64,000 nucleotides of DNA from Escherichia coli (GTDB lineage Bacteria; Pseudomonadota; Gammaproteobacteria; Enterobacterales; Enterobacteriaceae). The translations under genes and the position numbers were made by a program. Numbering within the stretch: the first letter of the stretch is position 1; each line of letters begins with the position of its first letter. The stretch lies in NCBI RefSeq assembly GCF_002854065.1, contig NZ_CP024147.1. One strand, given 5' to 3'. The notes beneath the pieces were generated by a model. That model had not been told where the DNA came from, did no database searches, and was given only the letters and a program-made list of their open reading frames with translations. Positions 1-12,602 of the stretch are shown here, piece by piece.

Positions 1-304
<304 letters not shown>

Positions 305-450
305 TTTTGTTGGCCTGATAAGACGTGGCGCATCAGGCATCGTGCACCGAATGCCGGATGCGGTGTGAACGCCTTATCCGTCCTACAAATACCCGTAATT
401 TCAATATGTTTGGTAGGCATGATAAGACGCGGCAGCGTCGCATCAGGCGC
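305..450. repeat. REP/BIME-type palindromic units in the trpR-yjjX intergenic region
   Basis: Imperfect palindromes of the gcctgatgcgacgctg / gccggatgcggcgtgaacgccttatcc type seen directly. Confidence 0.6.
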
Positions 451-975
<525 letters not shown>

Positions 976-1014
976 TCAGAAAATTAACGTTACAGCAGTA
1001 TACGGAAAAAAAGC

Positions 1015-1662
1015 ATGTTACAGGTATACCTAGTCCGCCACGGTGAAACGCAGTGGAACGCCGAGCGACGTATTCAGGGCCAGTCTGACAGCCCGCTGAC
1101 CGCCAAAGGTGAGCAACAGGCGATGCAGGTGGCGACGCGTGCCAAAGAGCTTGGCATTACGCATATCATCAGTAGCGATTTAGGGCGCACCCGGCGTACG
1201 GCGGAAATCATCGCCCAGGCCTGCGGCTGTGACATCATCTTTGATTCTCGCCTGCGTGAATTAAACATGGGTGTGCTGGAAAAAAGACATATCGATTCTC
1301 TGACCGAAGAAGAAGAGAACTGGCGTCGGCAGCTGGTCAATGGCACCGTTGACGGGCGTATTCCTGAAGGCGAGTCAATGCAGGAGCTCAGCGATCGCGT
1401 CAATGCGGCACTGGAATCTTGCCGGGACTTACCGCAGGGAAGCCGACCGCTGCTGGTGAGTCATGGTATTGCACTGGGATGCCTGGTGAGTACGATTCTC
1501 GGATTACCAGCATGGGCAGAGCGCCGCTTACGTCTGCGTAACTGTTCTATTTCGCGCGTGGATTATCAGGAAAGCCTGTGGCTGGCGTCTGGCTGGGTCG
1601 TTGAAACCGCAGGGGACATCTCGCATCTGGACGCCCCTGCATTAGATGAGCTGCAGCGTTAA
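1015..1662 (+). CDS. gpmB: Phosphoglycerate mutase-family phosphatase
   Basis: 215-aa ORF with RHGETQWN histidine-phosphatase motif; conserved position next to rob. Confidence 0.9.
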   Translation: MLQVYLVRHGETQWNAERRIQGQSDSPLTAKGEQQAMQVATRAKELGITHIISSDLGRTRRTAEIIAQACGCDIIFDSRLRELNMGVLEKRHIDSLTEEEENWRRQLVNGTVDGRIPEGESMQELSDRVNAALESCRDLPQGSRPLLVSHGIALGCLVSTILGLPAWAERRLRLRNCSISRVDYQESLWLASGWVVETAGDISHLDAPALDELQR

Positions 1663-2528
1663 CGGCGGATAGGAATCAGCAGTTCACAGCGCAGATTAAT
1701 TGGGCGATCTCCCGCTTTGGCGTCTTCTGCCGGGTAGTATCGCTCAATATCCTGACCTTTACGGCGCGTCAGGTTGAGCATTGGCATGCACGTTCCGTAT
1801 ACCGTCAGGATAAACTCCTGCACGCCGGTTCCCAGACCTTCATAGGTAAACATCACATATTCGCCGCCCTGCAGCATCACCGGATGCCCCGTCAGTACAT
1901 AGCCATCTGCCTGATCCTGGGCTAACGCGGTGGTATAGAATACCTCTTGTTCGTCGTCTTTATCCTGACTCGGACGCGTTTCATTCAGGCCGTAGAGCAC
2001 TGGCGGAATGGTCGGCGCGTTGCCGAGAAAATCGTGCCAGAACTGATAACGCATTTCATGGCGGAAATCAGAGATTTGCTCCAGCGAACAGGAGTAGCTC
2101 TGGGTAACACCAATCAGCGGCGTATCTTCCAGGGTGACAAATTTATGCTCTGGCATAGTGAATTCACCCAGACGCAGTGGCGGGCGAATACCAAAGGCGC
2201 TCCATTCAGGAGAACGGCGGTAAAGTGCAGGAGTCTGGGCAAACTGCTTCTTGAATGCGCGGGTAAATGTCTGTTGAGAGTCGAAGCGGTATTGCAGCGC
2301 GATGTCCAGAATCGGACGCGCAGTCAGGCGTAGTGCGACCGCCGATTTCGACAAACGACGAGCACGAATATACGCGCCAATAGCATGGCCAGTGACATCT
2401 TTAAACATTCTCTGTAAGTGCCACTTGGAATAACCTGCTTTCGCCGCTACATTGTCGAGCGACAGGGGCTGATCCAGATGACCTTCCAGCCAGATTAAAA
2501 GGTCGCGAATAATGCCGGCCTGATCCAT
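1659..2528 (-). CDS. rob: AraC/XylS-family transcriptional regulator Rob
   Basis: 289-aa ORF; N-terminal HTH region MDQAGIIRDLLIWLEGHLDQPLSLDNVAAKAGYSKWHLQRMFK. Confidence 0.9.
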   Translation of the reverse strand: MDQAGIIRDLLIWLEGHLDQPLSLDNVAAKAGYSKWHLQRMFKDVTGHAIGAYIRARRLSKSAVALRLTARPILDIALQYRFDSQQTFTRAFKKQFAQTPALYRRSPEWSAFGIRPPLRLGEFTMPEHKFVTLEDTPLIGVTQSYSCSLEQISDFRHEMRYQFWHDFLGNAPTIPPVLYGLNETRPSQDKDDEQEVFYTTALAQDQADGYVLTGHPVMLQGGEYVMFTYEGLGTGVQEFILTVYGTCMPMLNLTRRKGQDIERYYPAEDAKAGDRPINLRCELLIPIRR

Positions 2529-2738
2529 AAAATATCCTCATCCTTTCAACAACGAGCACCTGACATCAGGTAATTGGATAATAGCATTTTTTGCTGTTTT
2601 AGCATTCAGTGTTTTTTTCTTAGTAGAGTATGTTTTAGGTCTTGACGGAAATAAAAGTATTGAGATTTTGTTCTTAATCAATATGTTATTTACCGTGACG
2701 AACTAATTGCTCGTGTAATAGATAAAAATGGTAACAAT

Positions 2739-3212
2739 ATGAAATACAAGCATTTGATCCTGTCTTTAAGCCTGATAATGCTGGGGCCATTGGCTCATGC
2801 AGAAGAGATTGGTTCGGTCGACACCGTATTTAAAATGATCGGCCCGGATCACAAAATTGTTGTGGAAGCCTTTGACGATCCCGATGTGAAAAATGTCACC
2901 TGTTATGTGAGCCGGGCGAAAACAGGTGGTATTAAAGGGGGATTGGGTCTGGCGGAAGATACCTCCGATGCGGCTATTTCTTGTCAGCAAGTCGGGCCGA
3001 TTGAACTGTCGGATCGTATTAAAAACGGCAAAGCTCAGGGCGAGGTAGTATTCAAAAAACGCACGTCCCTGGTCTTTAAGTCGTTACAGGTCGTGCGCTT
3101 TTATGACGCCAAACGCAACGCGCTCGCTTATCTGGCTTACTCCGACAAAGTTGTAGAAGGTTCGCCGAAAAACGCGATTAGCGCGGTTCCTGTCATGCCG
3201 TGGCGGCAATAA
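2739..3212 (+). CDS. creA: CreA family periplasmic protein
   Basis: 157-aa ORF with signal peptide, immediately upstream of creBC. Confidence 0.85.
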
Positions 3213-3224
3213 CAGAGGCGATTT

Positions 3225-3914
3225 ATGCAACGGGAAACGGTCTGGTTAGTGGAAGATGAGCAAGGGATAGCCGACACGCTGGTCTACATGTTGCAGCAGG
3301 AAGGTTTTGCCGTCGAGGTCTTTGAGCGAGGCTTGCCGGTGCTGGATAAAGCTCGCCAGCAGGCTCCCGACGTCATGATTCTCGATGTTGGTTTGCCTGA
3401 TATCAGCGGCTTTGAATTGTGCCGCCAGTTACTGGCGCTCCATCCGGCGTTACCTGTACTGTTCCTGACGGCCCGAAGTGAAGAGGTCGATCGCCTGCTT
3501 GGGCTGGAAATTGGCGCTGACGACTATGTGGCTAAACCGTTTTCACCCCGCGAAGTGTGCGCCAGGGTGCGCACCTTATTGCGTCGGGTGAAGAAGTTCT
3601 CGACGCCGTCTCCCGTCATCCGTATTGGTCATTTTGAATTGAATGAACCCGCGGCGCAGATCAGCTGGTTTGACACGCCATTAACGCTGACGCGGTATGA
3701 GTTTTTATTGCTGAAGACGTTACTCAAGTCGCCAGGCCGCGTCTGGTCCCGCCAGCAACTAATGGATAGCGTGTGGGAAGATGCGCAGGACACCTACGAT
3801 CGCACCGTCGATACCCACATTAAAACGCTGCGTGCCAAGCTGCGCGCCATCAACCCCGATCTTTCACCGATTAATACTCATCGCGGCATGGGATATAGCC
3901 TGAGGGGCCTGTAA
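3225..3914 (+). CDS. creB: Two-component response regulator CreB
   Basis: 229-aa OmpR-family regulator; receiver domain plus winged-helix C-terminus. Confidence 0.9.
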   Translation: MQRETVWLVEDEQGIADTLVYMLQQEGFAVEVFERGLPVLDKARQQAPDVMILDVGLPDISGFELCRQLLALHPALPVLFLTARSEEVDRLLGLEIGADDYVAKPFSPREVCARVRTLLRRVKKFSTPSPVIRIGHFELNEPAAQISWFDTPLTLTRYEFLLLKTLLKSPGRVWSRQQLMDSVWEDAQDTYDRTVDTHIKTLRAKLRAINPDLSPINTHRGMGYSLRGL

Positions 3915-5338
3915 TGCGTATCGGCATGCGGTTGTTGCTGGGCTATTTTTTACTGGTGGCGGTGGCGGCCTGGTTCGTACTGGCTATTTTTGTCAAAGAA
4001 GTTAAACCGGGCGTGCGAAGAGCAACGGAGGGGACGCTGATCGACACCGCAACGTTGCTGGCGGAGCTGGCGCGTCCCGATTTGCTCTCTGGGGACCCAA
4101 CGCATGGGCAACTGGCGCAGGCGTTTAATCAGCTACAACATCGCCCGTTTCGCGCCAATATCGGTGGCATTAACAAAGTGCGCAATGAATATCATGTCTA
4201 TATGACCGATGCGCAGGGCAAAGTATTGTTCGATTCGGCAAATAAAGCCGTTGGGCAGGATTATTCGCGCTGGAATGACGTCTGGCTAACGTTGCGTGGT
4301 CAGTATGGTGCGCGCAGCACGTTGCAAAATCCTGCCGATCCCGAAAGTTCGGTGATGTATGTTGCCGCGCCGATTATGGACGGCTCGCGGCTTATTGGCG
4401 TTTTGAGTGTAGGCAAACCGAACGCGGCGATGGCTCCGGTCATTAAGCGCAGCGAGCGGCGAATTTTATGGGCCAGCGCCATTTTGCTGGGGATTGCACT
4501 GGCGATTGGCGCAGGCATGGTTTGGTGGATCAACCGCTCCATTGCCCGGCTCACTCGCTATGCCGATTCCGTCACTGACAATAAGCCCGTTCCTCTTCCT
4601 GAACTAGGCAGTAGCGAGTTGCGTAAGCTTGCGCAGGCGCTGGAAAGTATGCGCGTGAAGCTGGAAGGGAAAAACTATATTGAGCAGTATGTTTATGCGT
4701 TAACCCATGAGCTAAAAAGCCCACTGGCGGCGATTCGTGGCGCGGCGGAAATTTTACGCGAAGGTCCGCCGCCGGAAGTGGTGGCTCGTTTTACCGACAA
4801 CATTCTGACGCAAAATGCGCGTATGCAGGCATTGGTAGAAACGTTACTACGCCAGGCAAGACTGGAGAATCGTCAGGAAGTCGTTCTGACTGCTGTTGAT
4901 GTGGCGGCATTATTTCGCCGCGTCAGCGAAGCGCGCACCGTGCAGTTGGCAGAAAAAAACATCACTCTACATGTTATGCCCACTGAGGTTAATGTTGCTG
5001 CTGAACCGGCGTTACTGGAGCAGGCGCTGGGGAATTTACTGGATAACGCCATCGATTTTACCCCCGAGAGCGGTCGCATAACGCTAAGCGCCGAAGTGGA
5101 TCAGGAACACGTTGCTCTTAAGGTGCTGGATACCGGTAGTGGTATTCCTGACTACGCGCTGTCACGTATTTTTGAACGCTTTTACTCTTTGCCGCGTGCA
5201 AATGGGCAAAAAAGCAGCGGTCTGGGGTTGGCGTTTGTCAGTGAGGTCGCCCGTTTGTTTAACGGCGAAGTCACGCTGCGCAACGTGCAGGAAGGTGGCG
5301 TGCTGGCCTCGCTTCGACTTCACCGTCACTTCACATAG
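3914..5338 (+). CDS. creC: Sensor histidine kinase CreC
   Basis: 474-aa ORF with transmembrane N-terminus and H-box LTHELKSPLAAIRG; start overlaps creB stop. Confidence 0.9.
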   Translation: MRIGMRLLLGYFLLVAVAAWFVLAIFVKEVKPGVRRATEGTLIDTATLLAELARPDLLSGDPTHGQLAQAFNQLQHRPFRANIGGINKVRNEYHVYMTDAQGKVLFDSANKAVGQDYSRWNDVWLTLRGQYGARSTLQNPADPESSVMYVAAPIMDGSRLIGVLSVGKPNAAMAPVIKRSERRILWASAILLGIALAIGAGMVWWINRSIARLTRYADSVTDNKPVPLPELGSSELRKLAQALESMRVKLEGKNYIEQYVYALTHELKSPLAAIRGAAEILREGPPPEVVARFTDNILTQNARMQALVETLLRQARLENRQEVVLTAVDVAALFRRVSEARTVQLAEKNITLHVMPTEVNVAAEPALLEQALGNLLDNAIDFTPESGRITLSAEVDQEHVALKVLDTGSGIPDYALSRIFERFYSLPRANGQKSSGLGLAFVSEVARLFNGEVTLRNVQEGGVLASLRLHRHFT

Positions 5339-5395
5339 CTTCAAATTCTTCCCACATAGCCTTCGTATCCTGCTGCCATTGCAAAGGAGAAGACT

Positions 5396-6748
5396 ATGTT
5401 GAAATCCCCCCTGTTCTGGAAAATGACCACCCTGTTTGGTGCAGTATTGCTGTTGTTGATTCCGATAATGCTGATTCGGCAGGTGATTGTCGAACGTGCC
5501 GATTACCGTAGCGATGTGGAAGATGCGATTCGTCAAAGTACCAGCGGGCCGCAAAAACTCGTTGGGCCGCTTATCGCTATTCCTGTGACCGAGCTTTATA
5601 CGGTGCAGGAAGACGATAAAACCGTGGAGCGGAAACGAAGTTTTATCCATTTTTGGTTACCTGAGTCATTGATGGTTGATGGCAATCAGAACGTGGAAGA
5701 ACGCAAGATAGGGATTTATACCGGTCAGGTCTGGCACAGTGATTTAACGCTAAAAGCCGATTTCGATGTTTCGCGTCTTAGCGAACTCGACGCGCCAAAT
5801 ATCACCTTTGGCAAGCCATTTATTGTGATTAGCGTCGGGGATGCGCGTGGTATTGGTGTGGTGAAAGCGCCTGAAGTTAACGGAACGGCGCTGACCATTG
5901 AACCCGGCACCGGGTTAGAGCAAGGCGGGCAGGGCGTGCATATCCCTTTACCCGAAGGGGACTGGCGGAAGCAGAACCTGAAGCTGAATATGGCCCTGAA
6001 TTTAAGCGGTACCGGCGATCTTTCTGTGGTGCCTGCCGGGCGTAATAGCGAAATGACCTTAACCAGCAACTGGCCGCATCCCAGTTTTTTAGGTGATTTT
6101 CTACCAGCCAAACGGGAAGTTAGTGAGTCAGGTTTTCAGGCGCAATGGCAAAGCAGCTGGTTTGCTAATAATCTCGGTGAGCGTTTTGCTTCAGGCAATG
6201 ATACCGGCTGGGAAAACTTCCCCGCGTTTAGCGTCGCAGTGACGACGCCAGCCGATCAATACCAATTAACTGACCGGGCGACTAAGTATGCCATTCTGCT
6301 GATTGCGCTGACTTTTATGGCGTTCTTTGTTTTTGAAACGCTCACCGCGCAGCGCTTACACCCAATGCAATATTTGCTGGTGGGGCTTTCATTGGTGATG
6401 TTTTATTTGCTCTTGCTGGCGCTTTCTGAACATACCGGTTTTACCGTGGCATGGATAATCGCCAGTCTGATTGGGGCGTTAATGAACGGTATTTATTTGC
6501 AGGCGGTATTGAAAGGTTGGCGCAACAGCATGTTGTTTACCCTCGCGCTGTTGTTGCTGGATGGTGTGATGTGGGGACTGCTCAACTCTGCCGATAGCGC
6601 GCTGTTGTTGGGAACCAGTGTGCTGGTGGTGGCGCTGGCCGGCATGATGTTTGTGACCCGTAATATCGACTGGTATGCGTTTTCACTGCCGAAAATGAAA
6701 GCCAGTAAAGAAGTTACAATGGACGATGAATTACGTATCTGGAAATAA
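5396..6748 (+). CDS. creD: Inner membrane protein CreD
   Basis: 450-aa membrane protein ORF following creC. Confidence 0.9.
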   Translation: MLKSPLFWKMTTLFGAVLLLLIPIMLIRQVIVERADYRSDVEDAIRQSTSGPQKLVGPLIAIPVTELYTVQEDDKTVERKRSFIHFWLPESLMVDGNQNVEERKIGIYTGQVWHSDLTLKADFDVSRLSELDAPNITFGKPFIVISVGDARGIGVVKAPEVNGTALTIEPGTGLEQGGQGVHIPLPEGDWRKQNLKLNMALNLSGTGDLSVVPAGRNSEMTLTSNWPHPSFLGDFLPAKREVSESGFQAQWQSSWFANNLGERFASGNDTGWENFPAFSVAVTTPADQYQLTDRATKYAILLIALTFMAFFVFETLTAQRLHPMQYLLVGLSLVMFYLLLLALSEHTGFTVAWIIASLIGALMNGIYLQAVLKGWRNSMLFTLALLLLDGVMWGLLNSADSALLLGTSVLVVALAGMMFVTRNIDWYAFSLPKMKASKEVTMDDELRIWK

Positions 6749-6759
6749 GGTTGAAAAAT

Positions 6760-6790
6760 AAAAACGGCGCTAAAAAGCGCCGTTTTTTTT
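6760..6790. terminator. Bidirectional rho-independent terminator between creD and arcA
   Basis: aaaaacggcgctaaaaagcgccgtttttttt: GC stem with A-run and T-run on either side. Confidence 0.7.
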
Positions 6791-6807
6791 GACGGTGGTA
6801 AAGCCGA

Positions 6808-7524
6808 TTAATCTTCCAGATCACCGCAGAAGCGATAACCTTCACCGTGAATGGTGGCGATGATTTCCGGCGTATCCGGCGTAGATTCGAAATGTTTACG
6901 AATACGGCGGATCGTCACGTCTACAGTACGGTCGTGTGGTTTCAGCTCACGGCCGGTCATTTTCTTCAGCAGTTCAGCACGGGACTGAATTTTGCCTGGG
7001 TTTTCACAGAAGTGAAGCATGGCGCGGAACTCGCTGCGCGGCAGCTTGTACTGCTCGCCATCAGGGCCGATCAACGAACGGCTGTTGATGTCCAGTTCCC
7101 AACCATTGAACTTGTAGCTTTCAACGCTACGACGTTCTTCGCTGACAGTACCCAGATTCATGGTACGGGACAGCAGGTTGCGTGCACGAATCGTCAGTTC
7201 ACGCGGGTTGAACGGTTTGGTGATGTAGTCATCTGCACCGATTTCGAGGCCGAGAATTTTATCGACTTCGTTGTCACGGCCAGTCAGGAACATCAACGCA
7301 ACATTCGCCTGCTCGCGCAGTTCACGCGCTAACAGAAGACCGTTCTTACCCGGCAGATTGATATCCATGATCACCAGGTTGATGTCATATTCAGAGAGGA
7401 TCTGATGCATTTCCGCGCCATCTGTCGCTTCGAAAACATCATAGCCTTCCGCTTCGAAAATACTTTTCAACGTGTTGCGTGTTACCAACTCGTCTTCAAC
7501 GATAAGAATGTGCGGGGTCTGCAT
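6808..7524 (-). CDS. arcA: Aerobic respiration control response regulator ArcA
   Basis: 238-aa [33 protein letters not shown]... recognised. Confidence 0.95.
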
Positions 7525-8159
7525 GTTTGCTACCTAAATTGCCAACTAAATCGAAACAGGAAGTACAAAAGTCCCTGACCTGCCTGATGCATGCTGCAAA
7601 TTAACATGATCGGCGTAACATGACTAAAGTACGTAATTGCGTTCTTGATGCACTTTCCATCAACGTCAACAACATCATTAGCTTGGTCGTGGGTACTTTC
7701 CCTCAGGACCCGACAGTGTCAAAAACGGCTGTCATCCTAACCATTTTAACAGCAACATAACAGGCTAAGAGGGGCCGGACACCCAATAAAACTACGCTTC
7801 GTTGACATATATCAAGTTCAATTGTAGCACGTTAACAGTTTGATGAAATCATCGTATCTAAATGCTAGCTTTCGTCACATTATTTTAATAATCCAACTAG
7901 TTGCATCATACAACTAATAAACGTGGTGAATCCAATTGTCGAGATTTATTTTTTATAAAATTATCCTAAGTAAACAGAAGGATATGTAGCATTTTTTAAC
8001 AATTCAACCGTTAGTACAGTCAGGAAATAGTTTAGCCTTTTTTAAGCTAAGTAAAGGGCTTTTTCTGCGACTTACGTTAAGAATTTGTAAATTCGCACCG
8101 CGTAATAAGTTGACAGTGATCACCCTGTTCGCGGTCATTTGGTCAAGAAGAGTGGCAAT

Positions 8160-8846
8160 ATGCGTATAACGATTATTCTGGTCGCACCCGCCAGAGCAGA
8201 AAATATTGGGGCAGCGGCGCGGGCAATGAAAACGATGGGGTTTAGCGAACTGCGGATTGTCGATAGTCAGGCACATCTGGAGCCAGCCACCCGCTGGGTC
8301 GCACATGGATCTGGTGATATTATTGATAATATTAAAGTTTTCCCGACGCTGGCTGAATCGTTACACGATGTCGATTTCACTGTCGCCACCACTGCGCGCA
8401 GTCGGGCGAAATATCATTACTACGCTACGCCAGTTGAACTGGTGCCGCTGTTAGAGGAAAAATCTTCATGGATGAGCCATGCCGCGCTGGTGTTTGGTCG
8501 CGAAGATTCCGGGTTGACTAACGAAGAGTTAGCGTTGGCTGACGTTCTTACTGGTGTGCCGATGGTGGCGGATTATCCTTCGCTCAATCTGGGGCAGGCG
8601 GTGATGGTCTATTGCTATCAATTAGCAACATTAATACAACAACCGACGAAAAGTGACACAACGGCAGACCAACATCAACTGCAAGCTTTACGCGAACGAG
8701 CCATGGCATTGCTGACGACTCTGGCAGTGGCAGATGACATAAAACTGGTCGACTGGTTACAACAACGCCTGGGGCTTTTAGAGCAACGAGACACGGCAAT
8801 GTTGCACCGTTTGCTGCATGATATTGAAAAAAATATCACCAAATAA
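8160..8846 (+). CDS. lasT: SpoU/TrmH-family RNA methyltransferase
   Basis: Translation MRITIILVAPARAENIGAAARAMKTMGF...; start taken at MRITI inside ORF 8139..8846. Confidence 0.85.
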   Translation: MRITIILVAPARAENIGAAARAMKTMGFSELRIVDSQAHLEPATRWVAHGSGDIIDNIKVFPTLAESLHDVDFTVATTARSRAKYHYYATPVELVPLLEEKSSWMSHAALVFGREDSGLTNEELALADVLTGVPMVADYPSLNLGQAVMVYCYQLATLIQQPTKSDTTADQHQLQALRERAMALLTTLAVADDIKLVDWLQQRLGLLEQRDTAMLHRLLHDIEKNITK

Positions 8847-9056
8847 AAAACGCCTTAGTAAGTATTTTTCAGCTTTTCATTCTGACTGCAACGGGCAATA
8901 TGTCTCTGTGTGGATTAAAAAAAGAGTGTCTGATAGCAGCTTCTGAACTGGTTACCTGCCGTGAGTAAATTAAAATTTTATTGACTTAGGTCACTAAATA
9001 CTTTAACCAATATAGGCATAGCGCACAGACAGATAAAAATTACAGAGTACACAACA

Positions 9057-9125
<69 letters not shown>

Positions 9126-9148
9126 CGCGTACAGGAAACACAGAAAAA

Positions 9149-9179
9149 AGCCCGCACCTGACAGTGCGGGCTTTTTTTT
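9149..9179 (+). terminator. thr attenuator terminator hairpin
   Basis: agcccgcacctgacagtgcgggc stem followed by T8, between thrL and thrA. Confidence 0.9.
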
Positions 9180-9205
9180 CGACCAAAGGTAACGAGGTAA
9201 CAACC

Positions 9206-11668
9206 ATGCGAGTGTTGAAGTTCGGCGGTACATCAGTGGCAAATGCAGAACGTTTTCTGCGGGTTGCCGATATTCTGGAAAGCAATGCCAGGCAGGGGCA
9301 GGTGGCCACCGTCCTCTCTGCCCCCGCCAAAATAACCAACCACCTGGTGGCGATGATTGAAAAAACCATTAGCGGCCAGGATGCTTTACCCAATATCAGC
9401 GATGCCGAACGTATTTTTGCCGAACTTCTGACGGGACTCGCCGCCGCCCAGCCGGGATTCCCGCTGGCGCAATTGAAAACTTTCGTCGACCAGGAATTTG
9501 CCCAAATAAAACATGTCCTGCATGGCATTAGTTTGTTAGGGCAGTGCCCGGATAGCATTAACGCTGCGCTGATTTGCCGTGGTGAGAAAATGTCAATCGC
9601 CATTATGGCCGGCGTGTTAGAAGCGCGTGGTCACAACGTTACCGTTATCGATCCGGTCGAAAAACTACTGGCAGTGGGGCATTACCTCGAATCTACCGTC
9701 GATATTGCTGAGTCCACCCGCCGTATTGCGGCAAGTCGTATTCCGGCTGATCACATGGTGCTGATGGCAGGTTTCACCGCCGGTAATGAAAAAGGCGAAC
9801 TGGTGGTACTTGGACGCAACGGTTCCGACTACTCCGCGGCGGTGCTGGCTGCCTGTTTACGCGCCGATTGTTGCGAGATTTGGACGGACGTTGACGGGGT
9901 ATATACCTGCGACCCGCGTCAGGTGCCCGATGCGAGGTTGTTGAAATCGATGTCCTACCAGGAAGCGATGGAGCTTTCCTACTTCGGCGCTAAAGTTCTT
10001 CACCCCCGCACCATTACTCCCATCGCCCAGTTCCAGATCCCTTGCCTGATTAAAAATACCGGAAATCCTCAAGCACCAGGTACGCTCATTGGTGCCAGCC
10101 GTGATGAAGACGAATTACCGGTCAAGGGCATTTCCAATCTGAATAACATGGCAATGTTCAGCGTTTCCGGCCCGGGGATGAAAGGAATGGTCGGCATGGC
10201 GGCGCGCGTCTTTGCTGCAATGTCACGCGCCCGTATTTCCGTGGTGCTGATTACGCAATCATCTTCCGAATACAGTATCAGTTTCTGCGTTCCGCAAAGC
10301 GACTGTGTGCGAGCTGAACGGGCAATGCAGGAAGAGTTCTACCTGGAACTGAAAGAAGGCTTACTGGAGCCGCTGGCGGTGACGGAACGGCTGGCCATTA
10401 TCTCGGTGGTAGGTGATGGTATGCGTACCTTGCGTGGGATCTCGGCGAAATTCTTTGCCGCGCTGGCCCGCGCCAATATCAACATTGTCGCCATTGCTCA
10501 GGGATCTTCTGAACGCTCAATCTCTGTCGTGGTAAATAACGATGATGCGACCACTGGCGTGCGCGTTACTCATCAGATGCTGTTCAATACCGATCAGGTT
10601 ATCGAAGTGTTTGTGATTGGCGTCGGTGGCGTTGGCGGTGCGCTGCTGGAGCAACTGAAGCGTCAGCAAAGCTGGTTGAAGAATAAACATATCGACTTAC
10701 GTGTCTGCGGTGTTGCTAACTCGAAGGCTCTGCACACCAATGTGCATGGCCTAAATCTGGAAAACTGGCAGGAAGAACTGGCGCAAGCCAAAGAGCCGTT
10801 TAATATCGGGCGCTTAATTCGCCTCGTGAAAGAATATCATCTGCTGAACCCGGTCATTGTTGACTGCACCTCCAGCCAGGCAGTGGCGGATCAATATGCC
10901 GACTTCCTGCGCGAAGGTTTCCACGTTGTCACGCCGAACAAAAAGGCCAACACCTCGTCGATGGATTACTACCATCAGTTGCGTTATGCGGCGGAAAAAT
11001 CGCGGCGTAAATTCCTCTATGACACCAACGTTGGGGCTGGATTACCGGTTATTGAGAACCTGCAAAATCTGCTCAATGCTGGTGATGAATTGATGAAGTT
11101 CTCCGGCATTCTTTCAGGTTCGCTTTCTTATATCTTCGGCAAGTTAGACGAAGGCATGAGTTTCTCCGAGGCGACTACTCTGGCGCGGGAAATGGGTTAT
11201 ACCGAACCGGATCCGCGAGATGATCTTTCTGGTATGGATGTAGCGCGTAAACTATTAATTCTCGCTCGTGAAACGGGACGTGAACTGGAGCTGGCGGATA
11301 TTGAAATTGAACCTGTGCTGCCCGCAGAGTTTAACGCCGAGGGTGATGTTGCCGCTTTTATGGCGAATCTGTCACAGCTCGACGATCTCTTTGCCGCGCG
11401 CGTGGCGAAGGCCCGTGATGAAGGAAAAGTTTTGCGCTATGTTGGCAATATTGATGAAGATGGTGTCTGCCGCGTGAAGATTGCCGAAGTGGATGGTAAT
11501 GATCCGCTGTTCAAAGTGAAAAATGGCGAAAACGCCCTGGCCTTTTATAGCCACTATTATCAGCCGCTGCCGTTGGTGCTGCGCGGATATGGTGCGGGCA
11601 ATGACGTTACAGCTGCCGGTGTCTTTGCCGATCTGCTACGTACCCTCTCATGGAAGTTAGGAGTCTGA
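9206..11668 (+). CDS. thrA: Bifunctional aspartokinase I / homoserine dehydrogenase I
   Basis: Start at [13 protein letters not shown] inside ORF 9164..11668; 820 aa. Confidence 0.95.
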   Translation: MRVLKFGGTSVANAERFLRVADILESNARQGQVATVLSAPAKITNHLVAMIEKTISGQDALPNISDAERIFAELLTGLAAAQPGFPLAQLKTFVDQEFAQIKHVLHGISLLGQCPDSINAALICRGEKMSIAIMAGVLEARGHNVTVIDPVEKLLAVGHYLESTVDIAESTRRIAASRIPADHMVLMAGFTAGNEKGELVVLGRNGSDYSAAVLAACLRADCCEIWTDVDGVYTCDPRQVPDARLLKSMSYQEAMELSYFGAKVLHPRTITPIAQFQIPCLIKNTGNPQAPGTLIGASRDEDELPVKGISNLNNMAMFSVSGPGMKGMVGMAARVFAAMSRARISVVLITQSSSEYSISFCVPQSDCVRAERAMQEEFYLELKEGLLEPLAVTERLAIISVVGDGMRTLRGISAKFFAALARANINIVAIAQGSSERSISVVVNNDDATTGVRVTHQMLFNTDQVIEVFVIGVGGVGGALLEQLKRQQSWLKNKHIDLRVCGVANSKALHTNVHGLNLENWQEELAQAKEPFNIGRLIRLVKEYHLLNPVIVDCTSSQAVADQYADFLREGFHVVTPNKKANTSSMDYYHQLRYAAEKSRRKFLYDTNVGAGLPVIENLQNLLNAGDELMKFSGILSGSLSYIFGKLDEGMSFSEATTLAREMGYTEPDPRDDLSGMDVARKLLILARETGRELELADIEIEPVLPAEFNAEGDVAAFMANLSQLDDLFAARVAKARDEGKVLRYVGNIDEDGVCRVKIAEVDGNDPLFKVKNGENALAFYSHYYQPLPLVLRGYGAGNDVTAAGVFADLLRTLSWKLGV

Positions 11669-11669
11669 C

Positions 11670-12602
11670 ATGGTTAAAGTTTATGCCCCGGCTTCCAGTG
11701 CCAATATGAGCGTCGGGTTTGATGTGCTCGGGGCGGCGGTGACACCCGTTGATGGTGCATTGCTCGGAGATGTAGTAACGGTTGAGGCGGCAGAGACATT
11801 CAGTCTCAACAACCTCGGACGCTTTGCCGATAAGCTGCCGTCAGAACCACGGGAAAATATCGTTTATCAGTGCTGGGAGCGTTTTTGCCAGGAGCTGGAC
11901 AAGCAAATTCCAGTGGCGATGACTCTGGAAAAGAATATGCCGATCGGTTCGGGCTTAGGCTCCAGCGCCTGTTCGGTGGTCGCGGCGCTGATGGCGATGA
12001 ATGAACACTGCGGCAAGCCGCTTAATGACACCCGTTTGCTGGCTTTGATGGGCGAGCTGGAAGGGCGTATCTCCGGCAGCATTCATTACGACAACGTGGC
12101 ACCGTGTTTTCTTGGTGGTATGCAGTTGATGATCGAAGAAAACGACATCATCAGCCAGCAAGTGCCAGGGTTTGATGAGTGGCTGTGGGTGCTGGCGTAT
12201 CCGGGGATTAAAGTCTCGACGGCAGAAGCCCGGGCTATTTTACCGGCGCAGTATCGCCGCCAGGATTGCATTGCGCACGGGCGACATCTGGCAGGCTTCA
12301 TTCACGCCTGCTATTCCCGTCAGCCTGAGCTTGCCGCGAAGCTGATGAAAGATGTTATCGCAGAACCCTACCGTGAACGGTTACTGCCTGGCTTCCGGCA
12401 GGCGCGGCAGGCGGTCGCGGAAATCGGCGCGGTAGCGAGCGGTATCTCCGGCTCCGGCCCGACCTTGTTCGCTCTGTGTGACAAGCCGGATACCGCCCAG
12501 CGCGTTGCCGACTGGTTGGGTAAGAACTACCTGCAAAATCAGGAAGGTTTTGTTCATATTTGCCGGCTGGATACGGCGGGCGCACGAGTACTGGAAAACT
12601 AA
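11670..12602 (+). CDS. thrB: Homoserine kinase
   Basis: 310-aa [26 protein letters not shown]... Confidence 0.95.
   Translation: MVKVYAPASSANMSVGFDVLGAAVTPVDGALLGDVVTVEAAETFSLNNLGRFADKLPSEPRENIVYQCWERFCQELDKQIPVAMTLEKNMPIGSGLGSSACSVVAALMAMNEHCGKPLNDTRLLALMGELEGRISGSIHYDNVAPCFLGGMQLMIEENDIISQQVPGFDEWLWVLAYPGIKVSTAEARAILPAQYRRQDCIAHGRHLAGFIHACYSRQPELAAKLMKDVIAEPYRERLLPGFRQARQAVAEIGAVASGISGSGPTLFALCDKPDTAQRVADWLGKNYLQNQEGFVHICRLDTAGARVLEN

Noticed and set aside
305-450. REP palindrome clusters (also 14400..14540, 38205..38265, 52380..52480) as possible CRISPR or novel repeat arrays
   Set aside because: Irregular imperfect palindromes of the GCCGGATGCGGCG / GCCTGATGCGACGC type with no regular repeat-spacer periodicity; typical E. 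coli REP/BIME elements, not CRISPR.
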